Positions 38,401 to 53,400 of a DNA stretch of 64,000 nucleotides are shown here, in pieces. The stretch spans positions 3,664,449 through 3,728,448 of the forward strand of contig NW_002060949.1 in the NCBI RefSeq assembly GCF_000150275.1, given 5' to 3'. Numbering within the stretch: the first letter of the stretch is position 1; the number at the start of each line of letters is the position of its first letter. The notes under the pieces were generated by a model that searched no databases, was not told the origin of the DNA, and saw nothing but the letters and a program-made list of their open reading frames with translations. The translations under genes were made by a program, and so were the position numbers. The DNA is from Trichoplax adhaerens (taxonomy: Eukaryota; Animalia; Placozoa).

Positions 38401-41400
38401 TCGATTACCAGTATAAGCTATTGCTTTTCTTTCTATCAGGACAGTCATGATAAAATCTTGGAGTAACATCCTTTTCAGGCTGTATTCAATGCTATTATTT
38501 CCAATCTACTATTATAAACTTATTATTAGCAACTATACTCAAATGAGGATGTTCGTTGTTGGCAATCCTACTCGCCACCATATAATATTGTCCATTTTAA
38601 TTGCTTCAGTTAAAAATGAACTATTAGCATTGGCTTTTGGCAATGTACTATTACTATTATAAATCTCGAGCATTCTTAGCAATAAATTTCTACTATAACA
38701 TCCACAGTTATTCATACTGATTCGATCAAGTATATTGAATCACTTGGGTTAGAAAAAATACTCAAATAATTTAGCTATTGGATTGAATAATACTTTGATA
38801 GGCCCTATTGTCGATTTGGAGTATTATTTTAGAGTACGACAATACCTACTTAGCCAAATCTGCATTATTGTAGCCTACCAATGAATATCGGATGCCGATT
38901 AAGGCTCTTAATTAATAACTCAATAGGTAATGGAGTTTTAAGTTAAAACATGAAGTTATTTCAACAGTATACTAAAATGTAGAATAGATCATTCTCCGAA
39001 GAATTCAATAACCTTGGAGTACTTCATACTCGATACTTCTAGACCGTCCATTTCTAAGTATTTTTTACAAATGGACGATTGAGTGACCATTTCTTTCAAT
39101 CCCTGCAATTAATGATTTAATGACTAGAGTAGTGCGACTTTGCTTTATCAAGTCGAATTACTAATCACTACTGTGGATTCTTTTTAATTCTATCTATGTT
39201 TAACCCTATCTTGACTTTCTTGAAAAATTTTTGTAACTTGACTAATTCAATAGCTAGAACTGTATAACTCTACTTTAGATCGGTATTTAATCAAGTCTTT
39301 ACCTTCTGAAAATATCGGTAACTTGAATCATTTCATGGTTAGGGGTATTAATGCCATTCTGCGGTAAATTTATATTTAAGCCAATCTGTTCCCTCTAGGA
39401 AATACCCCATTACTTGAATGGTTTAATTACTAGAGTAATGCGATTCGCATGTAGACCTATATTTAATCCATCCTTTACCTTCTTTAAATCTCAGTAATTG
39501 ATTGATTTAATAGACCAGAGAAATGCGTCTGTGATTTATCCAGTCAAGTTACTAAATACTGCTCTGGATCCACGTTCATTCTTTTCCTTTTTAAAATCTC
39601 TGTAGTTTTAATGACCGAATGACTAGAGTAAAGGAATTTTACTTTAACAAGTCGAGTCACTGCTTTAGATCCATTATAATTGAATCAGTCTTCTCTTCTG
39701 ATCTGTTTCATAGATAGACTTTTTTTGTATTCCTATAAAGAATATTCCCATGACTGAGATATTCTTACCTTGAATCTATCTATCTATCATAGTAGCCTTT
39801 AAACGACATCAGTCTTATCTAGTAGTTTATACTATCTTAACTATTTTTTTGCCCAATGTCTTCCGTCTTTGAAGCTTTATCCGTAATTTCTCCAGTGGGC
39901 AATTAAGCCGATATTTTTTATGAATGAGATTTCAATATCCTTGTCATTATTGACTTCACGGTTAGCGTAGTTCTAATTGAAACCATCCGTTCATCTGATC
40001 GATCATTAAACTACGCCAGCTTTTTAGCCATGGACTACTAAATTACAAACTTTGTAGTCCATGTTTATAGAGTATACTTTCTTTTCTGGCAATCTTAAAT
40101 TTTATGCTTTCTCTAAATTTTTCATCTATATACTCTCCTTCTTTCGTGAACAAGTCAATTCACGTTGAGGATTATCGCTTTTATCCACGCGGGCAATTGG
40201 GCAGTGCAGTAAAAATTTATAATTTCGATTTTTCTGAGCAAGTTAGTAACCAACAACTCGTGTTTGACCTAGTGCTTATATTTTCCAATTATTCTAACCA
40301 TGGATAAACTATATCAACCTACTCTATTTTGGCATCTTTTGCTCACTGCTTTTTCTTCTTTAACGCTTGATCACATGCTTTGATATAATTCGATGAGCAA
40401 TTATTTCATCGAAGGGAATTTTCATATCCCTCGTAAAATTGGAATGTAATTGTAATAAAAGATGCGTTTAATTCTAGTGATAACAAACCGAATGGAATGG
40501 CTGTCATTAAAGTGGAGATAGGGATATATCCAGGATTTTTAGCTTACAGTAACATAATCGGGAAATAAAAATCATATAGAGTGGATAAAGGGGTAGAGCC
40601 ATCGTCGACCTTGTCCATTCTTTTATTATGCTAGTATTGTTGCTCACTACTTAAAGATTTAACATCTGCCTTAGCATAGCAAAAAGATAAAAAAAGCCCC
40701 ACGTAAACACCATGTTTGATAGTATTCTATCATCTATTTTGTCTATCCTTTCGTTTGCTTTTCTCCTTTATTTTTTACTGCTATGATTACCTATAAGTTG
40801 GAATTTGGAACTAGCAAAATGAATGTAATAGAATTTAAGAATTTGGGCGGTAATATCGCAGAAAAGTATATCCTTTTTGACTATTATTGTTGCTGTTACT
40901 GGCAAGTTACTTGTTAATTAAGATTTTTAGCTGATGCGTTTACAGTCAAAGAAATTAAAAAGTCGTATAGAAACGCTTTATATCATGGCAGTATTATCGT
41001 TGATCGTGTCCATTCCTTTATTTTATTAATATTATTACTTGGTGATTTTTGTTCCTTCTTGATTCTTATAACAATGCGAGAACTTATGGATGGGCGATCA
41101 TATCTCTATCACTGCACCATTTCAAAATATCTAACCATTGAAATTTATCGATACATCCTTGATCGTTCACTTTCAATGGCGAGTTTTTACCTGCTTAGCA
41201 GGTAGAATATGAATAAATAGTTTATACAATCGAGTAGTTTAATTTTCGAAGAGGTAACCGTGAAGATTCCTAATTTCTCCCTAACTATCATCATAGCCAT
41301 CATGTGTAGATTGATTTTAATCTGCTTGGAAAGCCATTCTATGACTTTCCTTTTGTTTAAAGATGATGCTTCCACAGTAGGAATAAAATAGATTGAAATA

Positions 41401-44400
41401 TATCCTATTTAGAGTGCTTTAATTTCGATTCGGATTGAAAAAGGTTTCAATATTGAACATACCTAAACTAGTTCGCGACTTTGCTGAAATTCTTTTAAAA
41501 AAATTTCTAAGGAAGACTCTTATCCTGTGTCATTTTGTTATCACTAAAGTGGTTGATATCTGCTGTGGGCTAGAGGGTAAGAAAATACAGTAGACCATCT
41601 ACGCTATCGTCGATCTAGAATCCAATACGGACTATTCTTCCTTTTTAGTATTCATTTTCTTTAAGCAAGATTATGGTATTAATGGGAACTAAAGGCCCAC
41701 ATAAATAGCATAATCCGTACCATTCTCGCTGCCGTCGGCTTAGAATCGAACGTCTACTTTTGTTTTCCTTTCACTAGTACTATTACACACATTATAATTT
41801 TTTCTTACAGCAAAAGTGTCATTTCTTGTATGTTGACCAAAGGCACCAAAAATAGTAGAATCCATTTTTCTACTGATTGGTAGGTTTAAAGGGTAGAAAA
41901 ATGAAGCATCGTCGCAATCGTCGATCGTCATCTGTTTCATTTCTGCTTTAGCGTTAACATCATTTATTTTTCATACAGTAAAATTATGTTGACGAAAGGT
42001 ATCAAAGTTACTAGAATTCTTTAACTATCTATTGGTGGGGAAAAAGGGTAAAAAAATGGACCATCCAACTATCTCCGACATATACGTTTACTTTATCTTT
42101 CCTATTTAGAATTGATATCATCCATTTTTTTCTACTGTATTTAATAAGGATTATGTTAGCGAAAGGTATCAAAAACATTAGAATCCCTTTCTTTGTAATT
42201 GCTCTGCACTAAGCAATAATAAATCAAAAGTTACTCTTTTCCATCCCTTAAAGGTTATCTTTTCATCCTAGTAATTTAGAAAGAATAAAAAGATAGATCA
42301 AATGATCATCTCATACAGTATACGAGTTTATCCAATACGTAATTTCGTCGAATAATTAGCCTGAAACGGATATCTACCCGTTTATGACTTTAGGGGATGT
42401 CAACAATTCCGTTATAGCCATTTTTCATCATCGTTTTTCACCCTTCAAGTGAAAGGAGCCACTTAATTTTGTCTTGCAATATCATAAAATTTGCGGATTT
42501 TGCGACTAGTTTCAAATCGATTCATAATACATTATAGGCAACATGATTACCCATAAGGGGAAGGTAGACAATATAATTGCCTTTTAATATAAGAATTATA
42601 GCCGTGAATGTTGAACTTGGTATGTAACTTTATTATAAGATGCTTTAATTTAGAATGAAAAGTTAACTTTAAAAACTGATTCTAAAATAACAACCACGAT
42701 AATCAAAGGGGTAAAGGATAAAAGGGAAACTGCAAGGTGTTACTCTTCTTTTTCTATATTGTCTAGTTAGAGTGTCTAATAAAAGTAACAAAAAATTTAT
42801 AATCATCTCGAAGCAAAATTGATTGTTGAAGAATCCTGTGATCAAATTGAAACACTTCTTACCCTGTAATAAGAGTATAGCCAATTCAAGAGTGAAGAAG
42901 AGGCATGATAAGATTTTGCTTGATAATTCTGAATGAATACTATCCAAAGTGTAAATAGTTTGATTGACCATCACTGCATTTATGATATTTTTATTTATGA
43001 TGCTAGAGTAAATTGAATATTGATCGACGATGACAAAAATCTCTAACGTGATTTAAAACCTAGGTATCTATTTTATTTTCTACGTAGTAAATAAGTATAG
43101 CTGCGGTACTAGTATGCTATTGATTTAAGTCACGATAATAACAGGATTGAAACAATACTATAGCTGTAAATCTTCAATAAGGATTAATATATTACCGTAA
43201 TATTTATTCAATATTTGAAGATAGCTTGATTACCAGTACTTTAACTATAATTTTAAAAGCATAAGGAAAGGTAATTTACATCTCAGGTTCATCCTTACAT
43301 ATCTATCCAATGATATACCATTACCAAGCCACTTGGACAACAAGAATACACTAACATTGGAGCTTCTTTAGAATTGATATCTATCTCGTGTTCTGTAATT
43401 TTTAAATCACTTTAATAATAGCAAGAATAAAGTAATATTGCAGCTTATTTAGGATTTATATCATATCTGCCTAGTATTACACAATTTGCAGACCACATTG
43501 ACAACAAGAATAAATAACATTACAGCTAGTTTAGGATATAAAATGTAGACCACTTTGACAATAAGAGAAAAATAAGAGAAGCGCTTTTTTAGAATTAATA
43601 GCTCCTCGATGATGATTATAGTTAACCGTATTTATTTGTCTTAACATGATAAGATCCCTTGATAATAACGACTCATTTTTAATATCGCAATAGACTAAAA
43701 AATAGCACTTTAGACGAGATAGGTGATCATCACTAGACGTACTTATTTGTCTTAACGTGATAAAACTCCTTGATAGTGACTCATTTTTAACATCGGAATA
43801 GAGTAAAAAGTGCCACTTCAGATGAAATGGGTCATCATCATTATTGGCCGTATTTATTTGTCTTAATGTGATAGGATCCCTTGATAATTACTCTTTTTTT
43901 ACCCCGGAATAGACTAAAAATGACAACTTAGATGAGATGGCCTAGGAGAGAATTGAAAGAGAAGTGTCAATATCTGTCAGAGCATAAGCGACCGCTTTTT
44001 TTCTACTCATATTGCTAGGGTTCTCATCTTTCAGATGAAAATAAGATAGAAAAAGTAACGCTTAATCATCGATGATAACAGTTTATACGTAAAATAAGCA
44101 AGCTGTAATGTCGATGATACGATAATGGTTTAATCAGCACACTGTAAATCTTATGACAGTAGTGGAATCTCTTTGGATCATTTTCATAAACGCCTGTCTT
44201 AACTTTATGTTTTTGTAAAGAGAATATGGTGTACGAAATGGGATTGATATTGCTAGACGCTAACGATATAGCAGTTTTAGAGAGACCACAATGAAATATT
44301 GCCTTCCGATATTCCGTAATATTGAGCCCTATCGTTTCGCTCTTAAATCATCTTGAAAGCTAAGCTACCTGTAGTTTTCCTTGGGGCAGGAATTTGGTAA

Positions 44401-47400
44401 CTGATAATTAATCACTTCTAGCGTATAGGAAAAGAACAACTTCAAGTAGCTTAAATCATTCATAAATTATATTATAAACGGAGACATAGATTATTGACCG
44501 CCAAGTTGACATAATTTGATAGAGAGAAAATGATTTAGATTATCAATTAGGCTAAAAACGGAGATATTCTATACCGAGGAATGAGTTTTAAGATGGACAT
44601 AAAGTTGCACGTAGAGCAAATTACAAATCGAGATCAGTTTTACAATCTTTTACTCGAAATGTTAAGGGCGTTTTTAAAATTTTGATGTAATTCCTTAGCA
44701 GCTATCCTTAGAAGTTGATTGATCTAACTTATTTACATTGCATTAATTTCTACTCTAGTGACTATGCGACACAATATCCTTTATAGTTAGATCGGGTAAA
44801 ACTTGAAAAATTGCATAACCAGCTTATGTGCATTAGCTATGAGGATTTCTTTTGATTTATTTGTAAAAATTGTTTCAAGACGTTTTGTTTGTAGCTTAAT
44901 TTCTCATACTTATATGAAATGCAGTCACGATATCCTTGTTTATAATATCAGATAGATAAACCATTCGCAAAATATATATCCTATTTAATCCAGATTAGCT
45001 AAGCGACTTGTTTTTGACAATATGTAGAATTACTTGTTAAGTCTTTACTTTCTATAGCTATTTATTATTTCTCCTTTAAATAAGGCATTTGAAGAGAGTA
45101 CATTAATCCATCTTGATGATATACTGTTGCTCAATCCATATTCTAATCCCAGGCTGTGTTTAATATGGAATGTCCTAAGCAATTTTTAAATTTTTTATTT
45201 TCTGATATTATTATCAACGCAATAGTCTTCATAGCAATATGGGATAGTTTTCAATATGATCTTTTCCGCCTAATTTCATTAGCTAAGCTAGACTTTGATT
45301 GATTTAAATACAAATTCGATAATAACTTTCAATCAAATTCAATAAAATTAATCGTAATGATAATTTTCGACTATATAGTAATTTAAAGAAAGAAGTAAAC
45401 CAGTATGATCAAGCCAAGCCTGTACGTGAGAAAAACATATGCGGCATATGCCGAAAGACAAAGTTTGCTGAAGGTGGTGGAAATCATTGCAAATTTTGTG
45501 ATAGACGTGTTTGTAAACGGTGTGGAAAATTTATTACCAATAAAAAGCAAGAGGTAAGTTTAATAACCATTATAAGTTTATAGTTTTTCTTAAATATCAA
45601 TCTTGAATTAGATGATATCATAACGGATATGATACCGCTTGGTCTTTATAACGAACTACCGGTTTAGTTAATTTAATTTCAATTTTGATTTAATTAAGCT
45701 GGATATTGGATAGTCAAATGCTTTAATTAATTTAAAATCATTATGGTGTACACGCTTGCTGAGTTATCAAATAGTTTAATACCCAGTCTCGTTATATAGT
45801 ATCGGCAGCAATAGCATTTTGTATTTCATTTTTTGTATACCTTTCGGAAAATGGGTACACTTTGTTGCATCTTTCATACATTGGAGTTCCGTAATATATG
45901 GTTATTGATCCAATATTTAAGAGTTACTTTGCCTGCTAATAGTCTAGATACATTATTCATAGACTAATAATAGCGAAAATTATTGGAAGTGCTTTTTAAC
46001 ACATCTTTATAATAAGATTACAGCGGGTAGGATGATTAATGATGACAGAATATTTTTCCATGGGCTACTACGTAATTTTTTTCGATCACTACTTCACAAT
46101 AGTGGACTAGATGCGTTTATTAAGTAGATTGCCTATCAAATTTTCAAAGATTAGATAAAGAAAATTCCTTTTCTATACTCGTTACCAAACAAAGGTTAAC
46201 GATTAGATAGTTTTATGTAGGATGTAGCTCTGTTGATTGAAATTTAGTGTAGCGGAAATACTGAAAATGAAGGTTACTATAATCGAGACAGATGAGTGAA
46301 ATAGTCTAGCAAAAAATGGCATTTTATGGTGTAAATCCCTTTGCCAATAGATTAATCAATGGTATCATCATACAGTAGTATTATTATAACGAAGGAAGTT
46401 GTTTCCAATCATTGGGCCTAATTTCTATGTTAAAAATTTTAGACATGAATTGTCTCGATTTACTTTGTAAAAATCCCTTCGACAATAGATTACTGAATGC
46501 TTCTATTCTATAGGCTATGAGTGATAGTATAGCACTAAAGAATATCTTAAAGCCATCAATATTCGCTTAAATTAAAACAGCAGTTATCGACAAGCTTTGA
46601 AACTAAAAGTTACGAATAAATTGTCAACACATTGTTCATTTGAAATACTACAGAATGCTGGAATATCATCCTCCTCCACAATAAGCGGTTAAATAGAAAA
46701 TACTAGTTTGTAAAATTGTCAAGGAAAGGCTCCATTGTGAGATATATAGAACTATTTATCATACCATTAACATGGAATAAATGGATAAGATTATATAGTG
46801 CAATGAAACTGGATTGAAATGTTGATCCATATGTTTCCTGGATATTTTAATTACTATTGCGTAGTCATAACGATGGATGAATAATCAAGAAGTTATATCG
46901 AAGTACAGTATATCATTTCGTCTCTAAGAGAAATAATAATCAATACATAGTTTTTATTGACGCGAATATCCTTTATTTCTATTGATATCTATAGCTAAAT
47001 CATTATTTCTCATTGTATAAATGATGACTGATGAGAATGTATTTTCAATTAGCAGATGTTATTGTTTAAATATCCCAACAGGACTGTAATTAACTTTGAT
47101 TTAGTTATTCTTCCATTATCACTGTTATTTTGTACTCTATCTAGTTGAAACGAAAATATGCGAGTATATCATTAGATGAAGAAATAACTTTTCTATTTCT
47201 TTGAATGTAGTTTCAATCATCATTGACAAATATTTTTACGCATATTTGTATAGTATTGATCCTATTGACGCCATTAGTAGATTAATATACGATATCATCT
47301 GGCGTACTCGTAAACATAATCTATTTAATTCTGGACTAGAATAATAGACTGAGGGATTGAAATGGTATTAATTAGCTTTCGATCCTGAAAGTAGCAAACA

Positions 47401-50400
47401 AATGCTGTTTCTCTAGGAAATGTTATTGTTTGTTTAGGTATAGACATGATTTATGACGTTATAGGCAGAATATTACTGTCGATGGAAAATAGATTCCCAC
47501 ATAAACCGTTGCTATTTATTCCAAAATTATAGATCATGCCCATTGCTACTATTAATAGAAATTGTTTTAATAGAATCACCCTTGATTTCTCTCGAGCATA
47601 AAATGTGCTTTATAATGTAGAATTAGCCGTATCACTGTCTATGGAGCTCATTTGATTAGATGCATAGAATGTTTATTAAGTATAAATTCTATATACGATA
47701 GAGATAGAATTAAACGTATTGACGTTCGCCATTTCGAAGAAATTCGTTATGACTTATCCTAGAGTTTACACTTTAGTAGGATTATGGGTGATTGCATTAC
47801 TACTTATGAAGTGATTGGAAGCTATCAGATAGATTTAGTGAGGATTTCTCATACAATGGATCCTTATACTGTAATGCGTTTTAGGACAGATTATAATCAT
47901 AATCGAAATAGAATTGCTGGTATTATTGTTGGCGACAGCCATATCAAAAAGCTATTTGGATAGTACCAGCTATAATTTCCCTTAAGATTAGTAGCATAGC
48001 ATGTTCTGCACAGCATAGAATTAGAATATTAACTTTTCATGCAAGCCATTCGACTGGATCCATATATTTAATGTATTTTAAGGCAAATCCAATTGATTAT
48101 AGAAGTAAAATTGCGGGCATTACTGTTGATAAACGCGATTTCGAATAAATTTGTTATGGGTTATCCTAGAATTTATGATATAAGACTTTATGCATTATTA
48201 TTTATGAGAGTGATAAGAAATTATTTCGGCAATATCAGTAATGATTTCTCCCAGGATTATATAGTAGTAAGATGAGCTACATAGTATAGGATTAGAGATA
48301 TTACTATATGCGGAAGCCATTTCATAGGGTAAATTTACTGAAATGGCTTTCGGACGAATTTTATATGCTATAGAATTGATTTAATATCAGAACCAAGCAA
48401 AAAATAAGTGCATATTTACGCGCACGTACAGTTGCAACACTATTGGCGTGATATGAACAGTTTAGAACTAATCTTGCCTAAGACATTCTTTGCGCTTGAT
48501 TAGCTAATAGACAATACAGATCAGATTATGACTGTAAACAAAATTTTTCTTTTACATGCAAAGTCTTATGCCTGGATATCGATAAAATCCAATTTAGAAT
48601 CTAACTTAAAGTTTTTAAAAATACAAAGAAGCGTTGAATTTAACTCACATTCCACGCTTAATGAAATAAGATTTGAAATTTGCTAATATCTTTTACATGA
48701 GCAATTTATGCATTGACTGCGCGACTTACTCATATTCATTAGCCAATAATACTAGCTATAATTTGATTCAATCTTTTAACTCATTTATGGGTGAAAATAG
48801 AGTATTAATTTATGGAGAGTCTAACATGATAACTGAAAAGATCATAATGTAAATGACATAAAACCTTCATCTTTTTTTACTTTATTTTACCATAAATCGT
48901 TCGATTGTTATTCGATGAAAATATATTCGTGTAGCGTTGTAATCTTGATTATTCTATTCTATGGATAATATAGAAAAATTGGTCGTGTTTGGCGTGTATT
49001 AAGAAGAAAGAACTTCAAGCTAGAACTGGTGAATGGTTTCAGTCGGCTTCGACAAGCAATTTTTCACCTTTACGTGATCCTGCTGCTGTAGATAATATGA
49101 TTGATCCTGATAAACAATACGAGCATCAAAATACTGGTGAAAATGTTAATCAAAAACCAACTTTACTTTCAACATCTGTATCATCATTAAGTAAAGCATT
49201 TGTTACGTTAAAACAAAATGCAAACTCTGTTAAACAAGCTTTAAGTAATGCTAATGCTAATAACAACGACGAGAATCAAACATCTCAATTACAACAATCA
49301 CAAAGCTTAAACTCTAGTACCGTATCTTTACGCACAAATAGTACATCATCACGTCGAGAGCATACAGGATCGTTACTTTTAACTCCCCATGACAAAATGG
49401 ATGGTGAGGGAATTCCAGTATCAAGATCTTCATCATTTTCAGCAATGCCTAAGCGTAAGTCCAGCGGGCCACGACCACCTCGACCTCCGCCACCCCGCTC
49501 TAATTCTACATCTTCAAGCAGATCACCTACTCGTAGTCCGTTATCACAATCGCCGACGTAAGTCATTTATGTTCCATACCTGTAACTTTAGATCTTGTTA
49601 GTTCATAATGGTTATGGTATACACAGTTGAAAGAGTATTGATAATATATTTAGTTGTGAAGTAGTATTAGGAAATAACTATAATTTCTTGTTTTGATGAC
49701 TTTATCTAATTCAATACTTCTGACAATTTAATAACAGTCCAGATAAGCAAGAACAATCTATTCCTAATGGTGAAATGAATGGTCACGATGTTGAATTAGC
49801 GAAATCATCGCAAGAAGAACCAAAATTAGCTACAAGGTTTGTTTTCATGCCCTACTTGATGTACCAAATTTTTGTTATGTTGTGAAAAATTAATCTAAAA
49901 TATTATGAGATAGCAAATCAAGATCGCAGACTAATACGATCTTGATAGCCTAATCATAAATCAATTGTTATTTAATAATCACAACATATTGTAGTTCAAA
50001 TATCAATTAGTCTGATCTTTAATTACCGTTTAGGAATGATCATCATGTAGAAGATGGAGTAACTCCTGATGATAGCAAAACTAAAAAATTAACACCAAGC
50101 CGACCACCACTACCAAGTCGAGCCTCATTGAAAAGGAGATCAAGTAGATCTCAATCAACAAGGTAAGTAAGCTCGGCCATATCGTATATTTAATGCGTTC
50201 GCAGGTAATAAATTATAAAGAGATTGTAACTATTTTTGCTTGGTTTAATAGTCAACCTAGCGATTCAGCGACACCAAGCAACGATGATAATCGAATAATT
50301 CCAGCCCACGATAATAACGTTAACGCAACACCTCCTACAGATTTTTCTGATAATCCGAGGTGGGATGTTAGAAGTATTTGTAGATTTACTAAAATAAGAA

Positions 50401-53400
50401 TTGTTTATCATTAAAACTCCAAAAGATTAATGATATATTCATAGTTGTTGTGAAACCTTAATGATGCAGTAGTGTAGCCAAAAGGTAAACTCTAATGTTT
50501 CTAACAGCTATCATACTTACATTATTTGCTGCACTTGTTATATATACACTGGGTGCATAGATATTTAGTTCAAATCAAAGTATTACATTTTAAACTAAGA
50601 CAAGTAAATGAAAGCAAGATTTCCATAGTTTAAGGTGTCAGCTATACCTTAGCTTAAATATAATGTTGATTGTTGACTGTTACGTTATCTTAAGCTCGTG
50701 ATTAGAAAATATTTTCCTAAAATTCGTTGTTATAGAATATAGCATAATCTGTAGAATATAACATCTTTTAGGCAACCAGAAAAAGAACCTACTGAAGATA
50801 GTTCAGATTCGTTACCTAATGGTGAAGAACATCAACCAACTAGCCCTAAGGCCTCAACAGTGCAGCCACCAAAAGTAGAAAATGACTCGAATACGACCAC
50901 TGCGGAAAAACCAACAAAAACCCGTGAAGCAGCCCCCAGTAATATGACATCTGTTAATCAAGATACACCGTAAGTCTATTTGCAGTTCGCTACTAGTCAT
51001 TATTTAATCCATTAGAATAGAATAACAATTAGTAATCTTCTGAATAGACCAAATATTACTAAGATATCATCAACTGCAATATAATATGGCTATTGTGATA
51101 ATTTAGCAGAGCATCACATTTAAATGGAGGTAGTGTTCTAACAGTGATAAATGAATTTTTTATAGTCAAAATAACGATCAAGAAACTGCAGAAGTCAAAG
51201 CAAAGCCATCAGAATCCAAGAAAGTGCCACCTAGTCGACCACCTCGTCCTCACCCTAATGCTTTAAAGAGGACATTAAGCAATAAAATGAAAACTCAACA
51301 GTACGATATTATGTGCTCTATCATCCTCTAATATTGGTTACTTTTACATAATATTTGTTATTAATGATTTAAATCTATGCGATTGTATGATGAAATATAG
51401 GCAGCCACGAAAAGACAGCAAAACCGATCAGGAAGTACCAAAAACCATGCACGTATCCGATGATATCCCTCAAGCACAACAACCGACATCGGTGCAATTA
51501 CATCCTGTCCCCAAGGAAGTACCAAAAGCAGCAAAAGAGGAACCTATTACAGCGGAAGAAAATGATGCCACGTTAAATGAAATGCCAGCACAGACTAACG
51601 AACATTCGGCTACCTCAAAGGATAGTCCTACAAGAGGTCACAGCGTTAATGATTTGCCTGAAGATGCAGCAATTCACGATTCACATGATAACCATGCCGA
51701 AATTAGCCCTAAAGACCAAGATAAAAGCATTACACCGCATGGTGATGCCATAACACAGAAGCAAGAGCACCAAAATCACGCTGAAGTCATACCTGAAGAT
51801 TCAGGTAAGGTCGGTGATTTGCATCTAAAAGCAGATCGCCAACCAGTTAGTAAACCAGTGGTTATGCCAGAAGTCCAGAAAGAAGCTCCACAGACTGTCA
51901 TAAAAGTGAACAATGATGAGCATATTAAGGAAGCAAATCATACCGGTAAAAATTGCATATATATTTTAATTACTAAAAGTACGAGTGGCGATAGTTTTAG
52001 TAATGTAGTCTTATGTAGATATTGACAGAAATATTGACAATAGTGGGTAATAATTATAATCGTTTCTATTTTCTACTCAATAAAAGGGAGTAATAACATT
52101 GCACCTCCAGACACTACATCTACACATTCCAGGAGTAGTTCAGTCGGGAATTTCAGTGATGACGACGTATTTGAAGATGCGCTTTCAGATGGAGAAACAG
52201 AAGAGCATACGAAAGCAGCAGCTGTCGGTACCTCAGAAAGTGCTGCTCCAACGGATGGTATAAAAGAGCCAATCAATACACCTGTCACTGTTAATGAAGC
52301 TAAAAAAACAAGTTTAGAAAGTCCTGTGCAGAAACGCATCAGAATTCCCTCCGTAGAGGATACTGTAGACGCTGCGCTAGCTTCCGGCATAGCTACTGCA
52401 GCTGTTTTATCATCTCCTAAAAATCTACAGAATGCAAATACTAAAAATCAAGCTTTTAAACTTCCACCAGACCATCCTCAAGATGGAATAAAGTCTTCTG
52501 AGCCTGCAACAGTTAGTAAACCACAACAAGCAGATGTTAAACCAAAGATAGAAAATGAGGGACCAACTAGTGACAATAAACAGACTAATTTAAAGCACAA
52601 CCAAAGTGGAAGCAAACAACATCAAGACAGCAAAATTCCCAATTCAGTATCTTCTAGTAATAAGATGAAAAATACGATAACAAACAGGAATGAACAACCT
52701 CAAGTCACAGTTCAAACCAAGAGCGCATTACCAGTCAAAATTATTGAAAATCAAACACCTGCAAGTCAGCTTAAACAACCACAACAACTTACTAAAGTAG
52801 AGAAAGAGCCATCTCCTGCAATGGCTAGCAATCATTTACAGAATAACACGAATAATGGACACAACGGAGCAATGAATGAAACAAAATCTGTACCTACTAG
52901 CAAGTCGAAAAGCAAATCGCCAAAATCGACACCATCTAAAACAAAGTCAGCTATTGCAGCTGGCATTGTTTTAGCAGATACTACGGCTAAAAATAAATCA
53001 CCAAGATCTACTCCATCGAAAACGAAAGCAGCTGCAGTCGCTAATGCCATGAATGCTGATAGTAAAACCGGAAAGGGCTCTACAAAAGTAAAGAATAAAT
53101 CAGCTAATTCAACTCCATCGAAAACGAAAGCCGCTGCAACTGCTGCAGCAGTAAATAGCAGCAATTCTACTCCTGTTGATAACTCATCAAGCAATAAAAA
53201 ATCATCGGTAGGATCTCGGTCAAAAGCTGCTGAAATCAAATCAAGTAAGCCACAAACATCGACACGACGTCCATTAAGTGCTTTATTTGGTGGGAAATCT
53301 AAAGATGATAAACCATCCAAGAGTCCTGAGGTAACGAAGAAATCTGCTGGACAAAATATTCAGCCATCAAATAGTACCTCAAAAGACATGAATAGAATCC

